Shown: in pieces, positions 36,292-51,619 of the stretch
Layout of the letters: each line of letters opens with the position of its first letter
Position numbering within the stretch: position 1 is the stretch's first letter
From: Podarcis vaucheri
Lineage: Eukaryota
Strand: one strand, 5' to 3'
NCBI GenBank assembly: GCA_965113315.1
Contig: OZ220374.1
Length of the DNA stretch: 64,000 nt
The notes under the pieces: model-generated
The model's input: the letters and a program-made list of their open reading frames with translations, nothing else
Told to the model about the DNA's origin: nothing
Databases searched by the model: none
Program-made: the position numbers and the translations under genes

Positions 36292-39047
36292 TGAAACGTT
36301 TATGAAGATTTTTCCTTTCCTTTCCTTTCCAAATGGAAGTTTGACTGTTAGATCACATTTCCTTTGAACCAATTTCTGACCAGACATTAACTGGGCATAT
36401 CTTTTGTGGCTATTTAACACCAAAATATATTGTAAAGGGATCACTAACCTTTAGGGGCCAGTGGGCACATTTTGAATTCTGTGGAAGTGTTGTGGGCATG
36501 AGTCATAAAATAGCTGTGTGTTGGGTGTAGCATAGCACAAAATGGCTGCCACATCTAAAAGATCATAAAATGAGGGAGGGCCACAATATGGTGTGGAATG
36601 CAGGAGGCTGCAGTGGAAGGTTATAGGTGGAAAAGTTCTGTTTCATAAATGTGAACTCATTCCATCCATGGAAGGGAATTTTGGATCTGTGTCATTCAGT
36701 CTTTGATTTTCTCTTCAGTGGGAAATCAATTCCTGATGCAAGTTTCATTCACAGAGTACAGTGCTACTCTATATCCCCCCCCCCCATATAGTTGTTTGAG
36801 TTTCCTCTGTTGTTTCAGACTAATCAAATATATTAAACATAAATGGCTAGCAGTGGCAAAATGGTATACAAAAAAGTCTTTCTTATGCCTTTAATAATAG
36901 CTATAGAAATCTAAAGGCCTCTGTAATCAGGTACCCATAATGTTAGTTTAGGGCATCAAGTAGTTTGCTTGTTTATCACCTAACATTTGCTCCTAAGATG
37001 TGCTGGATTTTATCTATTCTGTGTGGTTGGAAACTGTGTTAATTGCCCCCATGTGGCGCCGCCAAATTATAAGAAACCACTAAAAATGCCTCTAATATCT
37101 TATTATTCCATAATAACTGCTGCAGGTCTTTATTAACGACTCTTACAAAGTTCTGTTCATACATAGCTACATCGTATAAGTTGATTACCCCTGCTGCTTT
37201 TTGTGATTCTCATTATCCACATATCCCAGACTGAATTTGCTAAAATGCTGAGAATGGGAATTTAGTGTGCAATTTTGCATGAAAAACTGCAACAATGATT
37301 TACATAACATTAGAGAGTGAAGAATTATTCGGTACTTGAAAGAGCAACCTATTTAAATAACCAAATATTTATTCATACACTCTCAAATATTAGATTCCTC
37401 TTGACGTCCTGCAGATACAGTTTTTGTTGGTCACATCACTATCCATAGGCAAGTTACCAAAGTCTGAGCTGGAAGAAACTTGATGTTTTCACTAGTCCCT
37501 AGCATAAACTAACAGAAAATATTACTTTGTGCCAAAATAATTTGCTGTCAGACTGCTTTACTTTCATGTTGTTTAAGTCTAGCATGAAATTCACAACATG
37601 CTATACATGTCTACTCAGATGTAATCCAGCTGAGGTCTAAGGGACTTATTCTTGGGGAATATTGCAGTCTCAGAAATAGGAAAGTTGTCTGCATCAAAGA
37701 AGCCATGTACACTGGAACAGAAATCCAGACTACAAAATGGAAGAGATACAGCTCAGTTTTATTTGACAGTACAACTAGAAGTAAGGACATGGCTCATGTG
37801 GTCCCAGAACAATAAATTTGCCCATACTGTAAGTTTGTAGTACCATAAAACTGTCCATGGGTCTCCAATCACAATGGGATAATTAGCTCTTGACACTTTT
37901 AGTACAGAGGGATAGCCAGTCCCTCTGATCTTCAGGTGTAAGCAAGACTTAACTTTTTTCTGAATTGTCCAGGGCAAGGCTTTACCAAAGGAACATTTGG
38001 TGTTGCTGAATAGGTTTTGCCACACAGTCTACATAAACAGTGCTTGCGAGCAAGTGAACTCCCTTACAGTCAGATCCTTGTCTACTAGATGCCCATTGTC
38101 TGTGAAATCCTAGGCCTTCACATCCTTTTTTGAACAAGCTTTCATTTCATAATACTTTTGACTTGTGAACCTGTGGAAAGGGTCCATTGTACATCACTTA
38201 GTTTTTTAGGAACATAAAAAATGGGTTCAGAAAAAAGCATTTAGTCTCTACTGAAAAGATGGGGCAGGGGAAACAGAAGAGGAGGAAGCAATAAGTTTCT
38301 AATTAGTTCCAATACAAAGACTTTTTGATTCAACTCCCACTGTGTTAAAATGAAAAATAGACCCAATTTTTGGAATTAGCAACAACGTGATGAAAAATGA
38401 CATTGACTTTAAAGTCAATTTTCTTAATTTTGAAACACTGGATTAAAATTAATTGCTTTGCATTTATCATATTTGCTTATATCTTATCTCATTTTTCATC
38501 TCATGGTTTCTTCTGTGTTGTTTAAAGGAATGAAGGCCTATCTCTGAAAAGTTTTCTGTGCCTTGGCTACTTAGTTCAGTTTAATGATTTATAAGCAGTT
38601 AAGCATTTGTTTCTCAAAATAGTTTTAGCTATAGGATGCCTTATATGATTAATCATAAATAGCTGATTCGTTAAACTTTAGGGAGGAAAATGAGTGTGTT
38701 ATAGACAAAGATATTTTACTTTGTCTTTCCTCTTACACAGTTCTGTAGAAAAAAGTATCCAAGAAAACTTGGTTTACATTTTGCTGTAAACACATAGATC
38801 TGGAAAAGACTGAATTGCTTAGAGCATATAACACATTCAGTCACAACAGGATGCATCATGGTGACAGCATAGAGAAATAGAGAAATAGGCAGAGGTGGGG
38901 CAAGGATAGGACAGGAACAGGAGTGGGATGACTTGCATGCCATCTTTCCATCACCAGATCAGCTTGGTCTGTGCTCCTAATGCACAAAAACTAAATTGCA
39001 ACAAAGAGGGGAAGAGAGATTGTGACTCATTTGCAGACAGAGGAGCT

Positions 39048-39402
39048 TAGGGGAGTGATGTGTCCTACTTTACAGAGGGCAGACCTCTATTAGAAAGACT
39101 GTGTGACCCAAGTCTTATTTAAAAATAGGAAGGGACAGCAGGGGCCTTGAAGTTGTCCATCAACCGTTGGTACCTGGACAGCACACTATGCAGGCACAAA
39201 GTTCACCTAGTCTCAGTCTTCCAAAAGCTGCTAAAATGGATTATATTTCTATGTAAATTATAGTCATTATTTCTAGATTTGCTTCTCTATAAATAAATTA
39301 GCATATGCAGATATGACACAAAACTATGTCTTCTTTTTTTTTTCTTCTTTTTTTTGGTGATGCATTGCCTTTTTTTAAAGTGATGAATCAGTAGCCGCTC
39401 TA
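39048..39402. mobile_element. hAT-like MITE related to 9440-10135 (uninterrupted, degraded)
   Basis: Shared 5' block cctactttacagagg and internal attagcatatgca. Confidence 0.5.
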
Positions 39403-42400
39403 GAGGCAAAGGGACATGGGCTTTCCCTCCATGGTCCTTTAAAGTGGCTTACAACTCCAGGATCTGGGGAAAATTGGGGTCTGAATTAATTAACCGTCCA
39501 ACACAATTTCCCCCTTCCTTTTAGGCCTCAGGCTGATAAGATGGAAGCTGTTAGCACATGCTGCCTGTTAGTCTATCTTGCAACATCAAGACCCACACTT
39601 GTTCATTATTTCATGTTTCCAATATTCTGTGCACATTCTGTGGCCAAACAAACAATCTACTCTGCTTTTGAAAATAGAATAGAAATAGAAGATGGCACAC
39701 ATACACCCAAATTAAAACAATAAGAAATGTAAACACACATATATATATTAAAATACCATAAAACCGCAGAATAAAACGAGCTGTGAAAAAAGTAAAAGAA
39801 AAATCCAGCAGCTATAAAACACAAAGTTAACTTCTCAAAATCTCAGAAGGTAGATTAAATAACTATACATTCTGAATAACCACAGAACTTATGGAAGAAT
39901 TGGGAAGAATGGGTCATACTACTGTTGGAAGGAATTGCTTTCATATCTGCCAAGAGACATATTAACCTATGAATTTCCATAGCATCAGCTTTGTCCTTAC
40001 TGCAGCAGTCTTAGATAACAGAAAGTTCAATTTGTTCTAAAAATAACCAGTATTTCTCTTTAATATACAGTGAGTTAAATATAATGTATAATTCTCATTT
40101 ACTAAGAATTATTTCTTATGTAATATTTGACCAACTACGTATGAGCCTTGTAAGTTTCATTCAAGCTGGATCTGCAAAGTTCTTAGAGCTAAAAGAAACC
40201 GGGAACTATTTATCCTCATTCAGATAATAAATGAGATGTGAAATTAGCTTCATGGTAAATGAGTTCCCTGGAGGATGGTACAGTATATATAATGGAATCT
40301 GAGGTTTGCACATACTCAGCTGGCAGATGCTTTTTAAAATGGCTTGCATTTTGGAACCGAATTCTGACAAATCTTTCTTCACTACAAAAAAAAGTAGATA
40401 AGAAACTGATACTATTTGCACCTTTACATTGGTAGCTATGGCAGAACATTTAATTTTTCTTCGGAGTTTTGTGAAAAACCTCTTTGCCATGTATCACGAA
40501 GAGCAGAAATCAAGATTTCTTAGGCCAATTTGTAAGAATTATCTTGGATATATCTAAGGGTCAGTTGTGTTGTGCTATATTTTTACGTGTTTGATTACAG
40601 GTGTGGTGGGTCTTTGCCCCTCCCTAAGCCTCAGGGGTGGGGGTGGGGGTGATTGGGATCACAGCTGCCAAGGAAAAGGTTAATCATCCCATTGCCTCGT
40701 CCTGTAATCCCAATTAAAATCGGCCACCTCAGCACCAGTCAGTAAATATGGAAAAGAAAAGCACACAGTAACTTGCTATGCACTTAAAGTAACGTCTTGT
40801 TTGGACCTAAGAGCTCCCAGTTTGGAAACAGCAGAAACCATACTATCAGGATTTTCTCAATTAATGTTCTCAATTAATGAAAATTAGTTTGAAGTATGTG
40901 AATGCAGTTGAGTATAAGGGTGGAAAATGGGCAGGAGAAGATGGCAACTGTGTCAGATGATGACAGGTCCAGAATGTACAGTAAGTACTTCTAATTTTAA
41001 CACTAACATCCAGGCAAAACAGTTACTATTGGTTAGTGGTACTGATGGGTCTGGAAGAAGTATTCAACCTGTTCTAAAAGAGTTTTTTTTGTTTGGGGGT
41101 AGGTACTCTTGATTTTGCCTCAGTTACAAATGTGCAGGTGACAGTGGTAGCCAATAATGTCTTTTGCCACCTCTGTTTGGTTTGCCAAGTGTAGCCTTTC
41201 CTGAATGAAGACCTAGCTCCAACAGTTCATGCTACTGTCTCCTCCTCTATTTAATAAGTGACACAAATCTGTGTACCCAGTACTGAACTTAAAACACAGC
41301 TAGGACAGATACAGGATAGATATGGATTGTGTACACACCATGTGTACTCTGCCTCCAAGACCAGCCTGAAAGAATGTGTTATACTTTATAATCAATATCC
41401 CATTACCCGAAGCAAGGCTATTATTTATCCGTAACATCTTAAATAAAGGAAAACCCCAAATTGAATATTCAGACTAATTTTGGAAATAATGTGGCATTGT
41501 ACACAAATAATTTTGACTATATGTTTATTATAATGCAGTCTTGGTATTTTTCTTCCTTTGACAGTCTCTTAGGATGAATTCCTTTTACGTTATTATTCTC
41601 CCACATCCACACTTCTATTGGCAAATTTACTTTATCTGCACTGAATTGTAGCTAACTGGAGTTTGCCTACCTATCAAAGGGAAGCTCCTGGGGTGTAAAA
41701 ACAGACACTCATTCTTTTTCTATCTTGCAAGAATCCTTCCTATTTGTTATTCATTGCTAGTTTTCCAAAAGTGAAAATATTTACAAGAACTAATTAGCTG
41801 TAGGAGAAAGGATGTAGCAATACATAATGTCTAAACATACATTCCCACATTTGACCTGAATCTGTTTACCACATCCCCCATCCTTCATTCCCTCACCTAA
41901 ATGCCAATGATACAGAACTGAAAAGAACATCATCTTATGTAAATGTCTGATGAGGAACATTTGTTTTTCAAAATATCAGTTGCATTACAATTTAAGTTGC
42001 ACTTTTCCAGCTTATTTTTTTCCTGTCACTCTTTAGTTTTGAAAAATATGGATGTATTGTCTAAATTATTACCTGTAGCTTATGGCGCATGGAAATCTAA
42101 TATTGAAACTAAGATGTATATTTCTGTTTATCCAGACTGTGGGATTCATGTGTCTGCTTTTTATGATTGACGAGAGCATTATTGTAGGGCATGTGCATGC
42201 AAGGGTTTTATAGGCGTTCAATCATTTCCCCAAACCACATGACATCTGAATGTGCAGTTTTGATCTACTGCCTGTATTGCATAGCTGATGTTGGAAATTA
42301 TGCTATCTACATGGATGGTACTACCCAGACTGGGAAAGGCTAATCTGTCCTTTTCCAAAACTGGAAATTTATAAAATTTAAAGAGACGGGGGATTTTAAT

Positions 42401-43960
42401 GTCATCTCATCCAGTTAGGCCTTGATATTAAAACTTCTTAGGGTGTGTAGGAAGGAAGAAACTGTAGGAAGGAAGGAAGCAAGGCGCACACAGGCACATA
42501 TGTTGGGAATGTGTCCTCATGTTCCTTATTTGACCATGTTCTCACTATTCTACCCTGGTTAGTTCTCTCCAGGTTGAAGGGCCCTTGGCATAAATCCTTC
42601 ATTTTAACTGTTTCCAATAATAGATTTTGGAATCAGACCAGATAATCAGGCTCTCCATCTTTTGTGCTGATAAAGAATGCCCAAATGCATTTAACAGTGT
42701 CCAAGACTAAGACAGAATATGAGCTCTCCAATCTAAAATACTGTGGACAAGATCTAAAAGAACTCACGAGAAAAAAGTGTCCCTCTGTCTTTGTTTGTAT
42801 TCCTTCCCAGTGACAGTGCCTTACATCTCATATGGCATGCCACTTTCGAAGCTTCTCCAGACTTCAGGGGCAGCTTAATTTGGGAGCTACCTGGGTGTCT
42901 TTCTGTCAAGGCAAGTCCTTTAAACTCTGGACATAATGAAATATAACTATTTAACTAAATAAAAGCACTGGCAGAAGGATTACTGCCAGTGCAACTGGGC
43001 TTTATGTCTTCTCCCCCCACATGCCCCACACTGGCCTCAAATATTCTCCATAGGGCTAGGGGAAACCCCAGAACAGATTTATGGGGTGCATGGGGTAAGG
43101 AGATGGAGATAATGTTACATTGCACAAGTAGAAATCTTTGCTGACCAAACCAGCAACTTAGTGTTATGTTGAGTCCAACCCATTGTATTTGAACTGGAGT
43201 TTAATTTAGGTTGCACCACTTTATTTAGCATAAGATAAAAACCATAATACTACGGATATTGATTATAGTCAGATATCTATTAGATCTATTAGATTTGGGA
43301 GCTCCTTCACGCTGAGCAGCTCCTTCATATTTTCAGCATGATGTGAAGTTCTTGTGATTCATTCCTGCCCATGTAGTTGAGTCATGTACATGTGCTTCCA
43401 GGATAAGGCCTCACATATGGCTGGGGTGACATCTAAAGGGAACCTCCATATAGAAAGTCTGTTCTCTAATAGCATTTCTTGAAATGCTATTTCTTTACTG
43501 TTCGTCGAATAATATAATAGCATCTTCATTTTGGTTCATTTTAATGGTATTCCCCCAATATTATGTTTCAGACACATGATGACTGAAATCATTAACCATG
43601 ATTAATTATGTAATGATTACTACTGAATGTGCTAACAATGATGAGGCTCTAACTATAGAATCTTGCCATAATTCTATATTACAGTGATATTTTAATGGGC
43701 TTACACATGGCTGTGGAGCCAACCACACTAATGCTTTAAGTGTTCCTTGTGATTAAAAGGAGCACCAGGGAGTGTTAATCATGATTAGTTTCTCTCATAA
43801 ACACAGTTTATCCTCAAGAAAGGCTATAAGCGCTTCATAAAAAGTCAAAATCGTACTCTTTTGAGGGGAGGGGTATAAATGGATATTAAACATGTAATTA
43901 GAAGTGGAAATCCTCTCAGTGGCGGTGACAGATGGCTTTTTAATTATTGCTTTTTCTTAG

Positions 43961-44092
<132 letters not shown>

Positions 44093-44175
44093 TGACTTAT
44101 AGTTCGCATGCAAATGAAGTTCCCAATCCCAGAAATGCAGAATGCAGGAAAATGAATAGCTATTTTGGAAGAAGT

Positions 44176-44500
44176 CATAGAATCGTTGAGTTAGAGAGAG
44201 CTTTATAGACCACCTAGTCCAACCCCCTGCTCAAGGCAAGAATTCCAGAGCTAGACTATCCCTCTATATGAGGGAGAACCCACCGCCTTTCCAGGTAATT
44301 GGTTCCACTGTTGAATGGCTCTTAGAGTCCTTATCGCTTACTGTTCAACAAAAAAAAACCCTATCCTCCTATAACCTAAGTGCATTAGATCTTGCAAAGA
44401 GCAAACACCTACACCTGCCCAGCTATTTGAATGTCATCCGCTCAGTCTTCTTTTCTCCAGGTTAAACCTCTTCTCATTGGGCTTGCTTTCCATGCTAAGG
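44176..44500 (-). mobile_element. CR1 LINE 3' fragment
   Basis: tcatagaatcgttgagttag...ctagtccaaccccctgctc...ggttccactgttgaatggctctta...cttcttttctccaggttaaac, typical CR1 3' end in reverse orientation. Confidence 0.8.
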
Positions 44501-44574
44501 GCCATTCCTCATATATGAAAAAATAGGGTATTTGCGAAACTCATAAGAGATAACTGTAACCATTTGCTTCTTAA

Positions 44575-44769
<195 letters not shown>

Positions 44770-46092
44770 TAATGAATACTGATGCATTAAGTTGACCTGA
44801 TTATTTCATGTTGCTATTCCATGTTCATATTAGATTGCTATTCTATGTGCATAACTCAATTTTTTTTGGTATCTTCCCCATTCTCAAAGTAATTCAGTTT
44901 AGGTGTTTCGCTCAAAGAAGCTGTTGTGTGCTCTTTCATATGATGCTGGGATTTGAAATGGCAGTAATTTAGAAGAAATGCCTCCAGCATGCATTGTTCT
45001 GCCCATTTCTCATTTTTAAAGTTACATATAATTGTTTGGTTTACTAAACTGACCAATGACTACAAAGCACCTTTGCACTCATCTGCATGCAAAAGGCTAT
45101 GGAAATTTGAAGCAATGAGTTGAAAATATGTGCCATTAAGTTATCTAGCTTGGTTTCTTATGCAAAATAAGCCTATAGGAGCACTGTATAATCATTGTTG
45201 ATTTCATAGTACTTGATAGAGCCAATTTAATAGCTCATAACCAAAAAGCTCAACCTAAAAAATTTGCTCTGCATAACACATGGTAGGTCTTAATGGTTCC
45301 ATAACAGTTAATGAATTTAATATATATATTCTGTTTCATTCTTGTTAAATAAATATTCTGGAGACAGTGGCTTTTCAAACTTGACAGAGATGCCACAGAC
45401 TTCAAAATAGCTTTGTGGTTTTATTGAATAAATGAATTCTTTATTTATAAAAGGCAAAAGCCTTCACATCAGTTGTCATACCTAGGAACATAACAGGCTC
45501 TCATGTCACCAGTACCATTGGCAGCCTAAATTTAGGAACAATTATTATAAGAACAAAACCCCTTCACTTATTACTACTGTTCAGAAGGAGAACAATATTT
45601 TGTTTAATACTACAAAAGCTAACTTTTTGAAATGAGGGGAGGGGTTGCTTTTAAGCAGAGCTATAAAAGAAACATTCAGGAAAATAGTATGTTAAATCTG
45701 CTCTCTTGGAAGAGACACAAATACAAAATCATGCTTTAACAATTGTGCTGATCATAGTTGGAGCAGTAGCCAGCCAGAACCATTTTGTTGGTTGTTTGGT
45801 TGGTTTGGAAATTTCAATGTACCACCCTTCAGTTTAGAACACACCTTTCAATACAGTATATCATAAAAAGGCTAAAAACCATCATGGGGGAAGAACATTT
45901 TGGGCAGGCTACTATTGCTTGCAATAACAAAGTTTGCCTTGCTCTGACACAAAATACCAGTTAGAGCGTTCACACAGCAACTATTAGTGCCTTGTTAAGA
46001 AACTAGCTAAACTGTCCATGGAAATGAAATGACATTTCATGTCTATATTGTTCAATATAATTCCAATGTTCTTTTCTTTCTTGTTTCAATAG

Positions 46093-46267
46093 CCTCAGAT
46101 GCTTGTGACTTTGACAGTGGAAACTTCTGTGAATGGTATCAGCCTGCTGCTCAAGTGGCAACAAGAGCTTCATCCCATACTGTTAATATATTCCAGTGGG
46201 GCCTTGGAAAAGGAGCCAGCATCCACCCAGGTGGAGAGGGCCATAGACCGTTGACTGATCATACTAC
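46093..46267 (+). CDS. MALRD1: MALRD1 exon: SDACDFDSGNFCEWYQP...GHRPLTDHT(T)
   Basis: caatAG acceptor (an in-frame alternative AG lies 6 nt downstream), AC|GTGAGT donor, 175 nt, phase 1-2. Confidence 0.95.
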
Positions 46268-46424
46268 GTGAGTGCAATGGTCAAACCACTCAGAATTATA
46301 TGTATTTCTTTCGGGCTGTGTGGATTTAGCCAGTTGTGATAGATTTTAACAGTGAGTGTGCTGCTGCTGCTTTGGTCTGCTTAAAATAGTTCTGAACAAT
46401 TGGAAACAGAAAACACAATTTACT

Positions 46425-46545
46425 TGACGGAGTTTTTCCAGGGTTTCAGTCATGGGATTTTCCAGACATATCCAGAAATGCTGGAGATTGAACCTGGACC
46501 TTTTGCATACAAAGCATGTCTTCTACCACTTAGTTACAGCTCTTC
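46425..46545 (-). mobile_element. Squam-type SINE
   Basis: ggagattgaacctggacc (reverse-complement box B), tgcatacaaagcatg..ctaccact. Confidence 0.7.
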
Positions 46546-46578
46546 CGCTATCTTTACACTGGATTTCTTAGACTGCTT

Positions 46579-46580
<2 letters not shown>

Positions 46581-46614
<34 letters not shown>
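46581..46614. repeat. (GT)n microsatellite
   Basis: About 17 perfect GT units. Confidence 0.95.
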
Positions 46615-46616
<2 letters not shown>

Positions 46617-46689
46617 AAATTATATAAATTATATCTAGAGTCTCCAAAGTCTGGTACATATGTGCATTATAACAATGGAACATTGTATT

Positions 46690-46837
46690 TTGAGTCAGAC
46701 TGTTGGTGCACATTGAATAGCAGTGGCTCTCCAGAGTTCAGACAGAAGGCTTCTCCAGCCCTACCTAGATATGCCAGGGATTGAATTTGGGACCATTTGC
46801 ATGCAGAGCAAATGCTCTACCATGGATCTATAGCCCT
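46690..46837 (-). mobile_element. Squam-type SINE
   Basis: cagtggctctccagagttcagacag...gggattgaatttgggacc...tgctctaccat; same family as 58717. Confidence 0.7.
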
Positions 46838-49800
46838 AATCAAGGTTTTGGGATTGAGCTGAAGGATTGTCCACACTGTGCCCTGTCCTCTGCTCTCAGG
46901 TATGTGTGCCTCTCCCACCTGTTCTACTTGAGTTTGTGATTATTTCTGGCAGTCAAAATCCAAGAACTCTCCCTTTGAGGCCCTGGGTTCAATATCAGTC
47001 ATATGTATTGCTTAACTCAGGTTTACAGTGGTGGTGGGGATTCATGTGCAAGAAGGGATGCATGCTTAGGTTTTACAACTAAGGAAGGTTTGAGAACAGG
47101 CAATGGGAGGAATTCAGCATCATGCTTTTCCAATTATTTCATCAGTGCAAGCTTGGCCAATGAAACAATCTCCCTTTTCCTCCCCCCGCGTGGTGTTCTA
47201 GTGGTGCTCCAGAACTCCCTGAGCTAATCATGGGGGGGGTGTGTGTAAGGAGCCATGTGGGGGGGGGGCGGGGTCCCATTTTGCCAGCAGGATAGTGCAC
47301 TTGATTCCATTACCACACCTACTGACTTGAATCTGACGCAAATTGAGGATTAACACCTTGAGCCCAGACTTCTTACAGCACCTACGGCAGGCAATGTCTC
47401 ACATACCCTCCCAGGTCTTCACATAACAAACACTGGAATTGCCTTGGACTCAAGGGGGGGGGGAGTGGCAATTGATTTCTGGTGGGTTCATTATGCAGAC
47501 CATCATTTCCTAGTAAAAAGATTATTTGGATTTGTGCATGATATGCTGAACAATAAAAAGATTTAATGTGTGTGTTTTGTTGCATGCTAGCTGTGTTTGC
47601 TTGTATGAGGTCCTGCAATTGTCTGTAAGCCAAACTGTGGCTCATTGGATCATTTAGGATCTATTTGTGTGGATGGGCTATTCACATAAGGCTGTATCAA
47701 GTGCATAACTGCTAGTGGAAATGATTCTAAGAATTCTTATATGGCTTATATTGGAACAGGCATCCTATGGTGCTGTTTCCCTAGTGACACCCACTGTTTT
47801 CTCAGATAGACTCTGTTAAGTTATTGGCTGAATGTCATTGGGGTAATAGCTGCTCTCTGTTGGGTCTGGATCTGATTTGACATGACAGTCAAAAGCAGCA
47901 AGCAGTCATATAATCTTATACCCTGACCAAGTGGGAAAAACTGGAACTGTTAAAGCATTTGCCAAGTGAAACCTCAATTTCATATTGTGCCAAACCACGG
48001 AAGAGTTGCAAAACTGTAAATAAATCATGCCAACTGTGATTAGATGCTGTGCTGGAATGTCTGCTTCCATCTTTATTACTTGAGAGTGAGATTTTATCCC
48101 ATTGTTTCCTTTTCCTTTCAAGCTCAGAGGATTTATGATGGAATGTTAATGAGATGTGCTCTGTTTTGGATGAGCCACAGAAGAATTGTGAATTAATTTC
48201 AGCTCTTTGTCAGAAGCAGCCAAACTTAAAGCACAACAAAATAACAACAACAAAGAAGAACAGTAGATTTTTAGCTAGTATTCAGCAATTGTTGTGTTAA
48301 ATATGGAATTCTTCATCTCTGGTGCCCTTTGGTTTGTGAATTATTAACCATGCTGTTTTTAATCAGGTAGTGGGAAACCTGAGAGCTTTTTGAATTTTCA
48401 AAGGAAGAGAAGTGAGTTAAAATAAGTAAAATCAAAGGCATTGTGAAAGAAACAGCAATCACATTGATTACCATCCAGTCTTGGCTTATTTATGTGACTA
48501 TAATATGTTTAGTTTGGCTGCCATCAGGCTTGTCCCAATATCCTTTGTTGGTAAAAAGTACACTTATATTAGGTTATTTATTTATATTTAATCACATTTT
48601 TAGGTCACTGTAGTCACAAAAGATCTTAGGGGTAGCAAGAAGAACTTAAAAATTTATACCAATACACACTACTACTACTACCACCACCAACAACAACAAC
48701 CAATTTAAATCCGTCTAAAAAAAATAACATCTATTCAGATGTGACCCACACTCAAAAAGTGGAAGCAGTCTCACAGCTGGAGCTTTGTCCTGGGTTGTTG
48801 TTTTTTTGGTATGTGTAACTGCAAAATAGTTTCCACTACCTAGGGTTACTATATTTCAAAGTGAAAAACTCAAAAAAGACAAGAAAAGAATATATGGCAG
48901 CCCTACCACTATCAAAGAGATATGTTGCCTTTATACTTAACAGTGGCTTGCCCTTTGGGGAATGGAAGTTCAATGACAAAGCACATCTCTGGTTATGTGA
49001 GCAAGTCTTCCACAGCACTCCATATCACTTTTTGGCCATTAACTGCAAAACACTAAAGATTTCTCAGAATGAACTAAATTCCTCTTTGCTCATCTGCTGA
49101 AAAGCCTGGGTACCTTTTACCTATAGTGCATATAGTGTATGATTGCATTCATAAATTAACCTGAGTAATTTTCTTCCGACAAGAAATTCATTTTGCAGTT
49201 AATTATGTTACTGTGGATTAAGTGGTAATTATCTGATTCTCTAAGGGCTCTGATTTCTGTGGAACTGATTCTGTACTCCAGCACTAAGGCAAAAACAAGG
49301 GGTTTCTTAGTGTGAGGGATATTGGAAAGTTTGCCTTCCTATTTTTGTAGTCTTCCGTTTGGACTAGTGGAGACTGACACAGTAGTTGATGTGACTTTCA
49401 AGCAATGATGGCACTGAATTAACACCCCTCTCTCAGTTGAGTCAGGGAACTGAAAGAGAAGAACCATCAGCCTGCACTAACTCTGTGGATGAAGCTACAT
49501 GTGGGAGAGGGGTTTACTGAGGGTGAGTGAAACCCTCTTCAGGCAGCAACGCAAAGAGGAGGCAAATAGGCCCCAGCACATCTTTTCTGTATGCTTTTCA
49601 AAAAGCCTCTCCCCCCACCCTGCCCTTTTTCAAAAAGTCCTTCCATAGGCAGCCAAAGCAAAGGAGATGGAATAGTCTCAGCCCTTCCCCAACCCCAACA
49701 TCCTCCAGAAAACCCAAAGGGTAGTAGCATCTTTCCTTTTGATTTGATTTGTTATATTTACCATATTATTTTCGCTGTTCTTTGCAATCTTATGGTTTCG

Positions 49801-50367
49801 GGAATGTTTTAAGATTGTCCCTGTTTTGTTCCCTCCCCCAAGCCATTTTGAGGAGCCTTCTATAGAAAAGTGTTTTTGTTTCGAAGAATTGTAAACCAAA
49901 CAAACTAGCCATAACCCTGCACTCAGGGAGTGGCTGCAATTGCATATCATGCTAAACCATCAGCAATAGAATATCGATAAAGAGTAATGTGCTAGTCTAG
50001 TGCATACGCCTGCATCATTTTGTTTCTCTCTTCGTCAAGCTGGTTAACCATGGCATGCAAGCCAGCGCATTGTTTTCCAAACAAACCTTGCCATAATTAT
50101 TTTGGTTTGTTTGGAAGAAACCATGTGTGGATGTGCACACCATGTTAAGCCAAGACTTGCACTTCGTCACTCCCAGCCTGGAAAAGTGAGAGGTGCAGTG
50201 GGAGCAATTCAGTGCTGTGCACAGAAGTTTTGTAAACAGATGTGGAAATGAGGTGACCTGAATTTATGATTCGAGAGACAGAAAATCCAGATTTGACTGA
50301 TTCATCCATCCCTATCCAGCACACTACTCATTCCTGGTGATGATAATCCATATTTTATAGCTTACTG

Positions 50368-50691
50368 CATGGGTAGGCAAACTAAGGCCCGGGGACTGGA
50401 TCTGGCCCAATCACCTTCTAAATCGGGCCCACAAACGGTCTGTGAATCAGTGTGTTTTTACATGAGTAGAATGTGTCCTTTTGTTTAAAATGCATCTCTG
50501 GGTTATTTGTGGGGCCTGCCTGGTGTTTTTACACCAGTAGAATGTGTGCTTTTATTTAAAACGCATCTCTGGGTTATTTGTGGGGCATAGGAATTCATTC
50601 ATTATTATTTTTTTCAAAATATAGTCCAGCCCCCCACAAGGTCTTAGGGACAGTGGACCGGCCCCCTGCTGAAAAAGTTTGCTGACCCCTG
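50368..50691 (+). mobile_element. Non-autonomous hAT element, OC1/OposCharlie1-like
   Basis: Perfect 8-bp TSD gcttactg (50360-50367 / 50692-50699); TIR-like ends catgggtaggcaaact / agtttgctgacccctg; ~70-bp internal tandem duplication. Confidence 0.85.
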
Positions 50692-51619
50692 GCTTACTGT
50701 GACATGCACCCTTGGCCAGTGAGACCTGCCCAAAGGCACTACTGAACTTCATAGTTGAGAATAGATTTGAATGCTCTTTCCCACAATGCAGCTGCTGTTG
50801 AAGAGTTGAGCTTTAAGTACATGACTTGTCTGAAAGACCAAAATGAGTAGGGATGCAGAAATGGAGCGATTCACTTTCACCACTTTTGTGCATTATGCAA
50901 CAACAGGCCTTTTTTTGCAGAAGATAACACTGATTGAAAGAATGCTAAGTAGGCAATGTAAATTAATGTCATACGTTCCATTACATGTTGAATAGAATAT
51001 AGTCTGAAGTGACTGTATTTAATGGAGCTTGAAGTATATATACCATTATATAGCACAGAGATGCATACACACACATGAGGAGAGACATCACTAACTATTG
51101 AAAAATGATTATGTGAGGGGTAAAGAACACTACACAAGAGCCATTTTCACTGCACAGATTCAAGTACTGCATTATAAAGAATATTCTCCAGCACTGTTTA
51201 TGATCTCTGTTTCTTAAAGTGTCATTTGAATGCACTTCCATTAATTTCACACTATCTCAATGAGACATCTATCTAAAAATATATACTGTCAGCACATTCC
51301 GCCCCAAAGCAGCCAACATAAACACATTGCAGTGAAAAATATTTATCCTTTCATTTCACCCACTCACCCATACTGAAAAGCTAAATTGCAAACACAAATG
51401 CACTCTCAATGGTATATAATGTTGCTTTTAAATTTTAAGTATGCCTGGATTCATAATTTTCAGTCTACGATTTAAAGAGTTTCTACAGATTTTCTTTTTC
51501 TAGACCCTTATTGTTGTGTCCCACAAATCAGCCTTATTTCTTTGGGAACTTCCACCATGAAGACATCATCAAACAGCCTGCAAGTTATTGTGCATTTGGC
51601 ATGAGACTGGCAAAAGATA

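Noticed and set aside
40852-40878. Short tandem duplications (ttctcaattaatg x2; also aagcagaccaat x2 near 56299)
   Set aside because: Ordinary slippage duplications with no sign of function.
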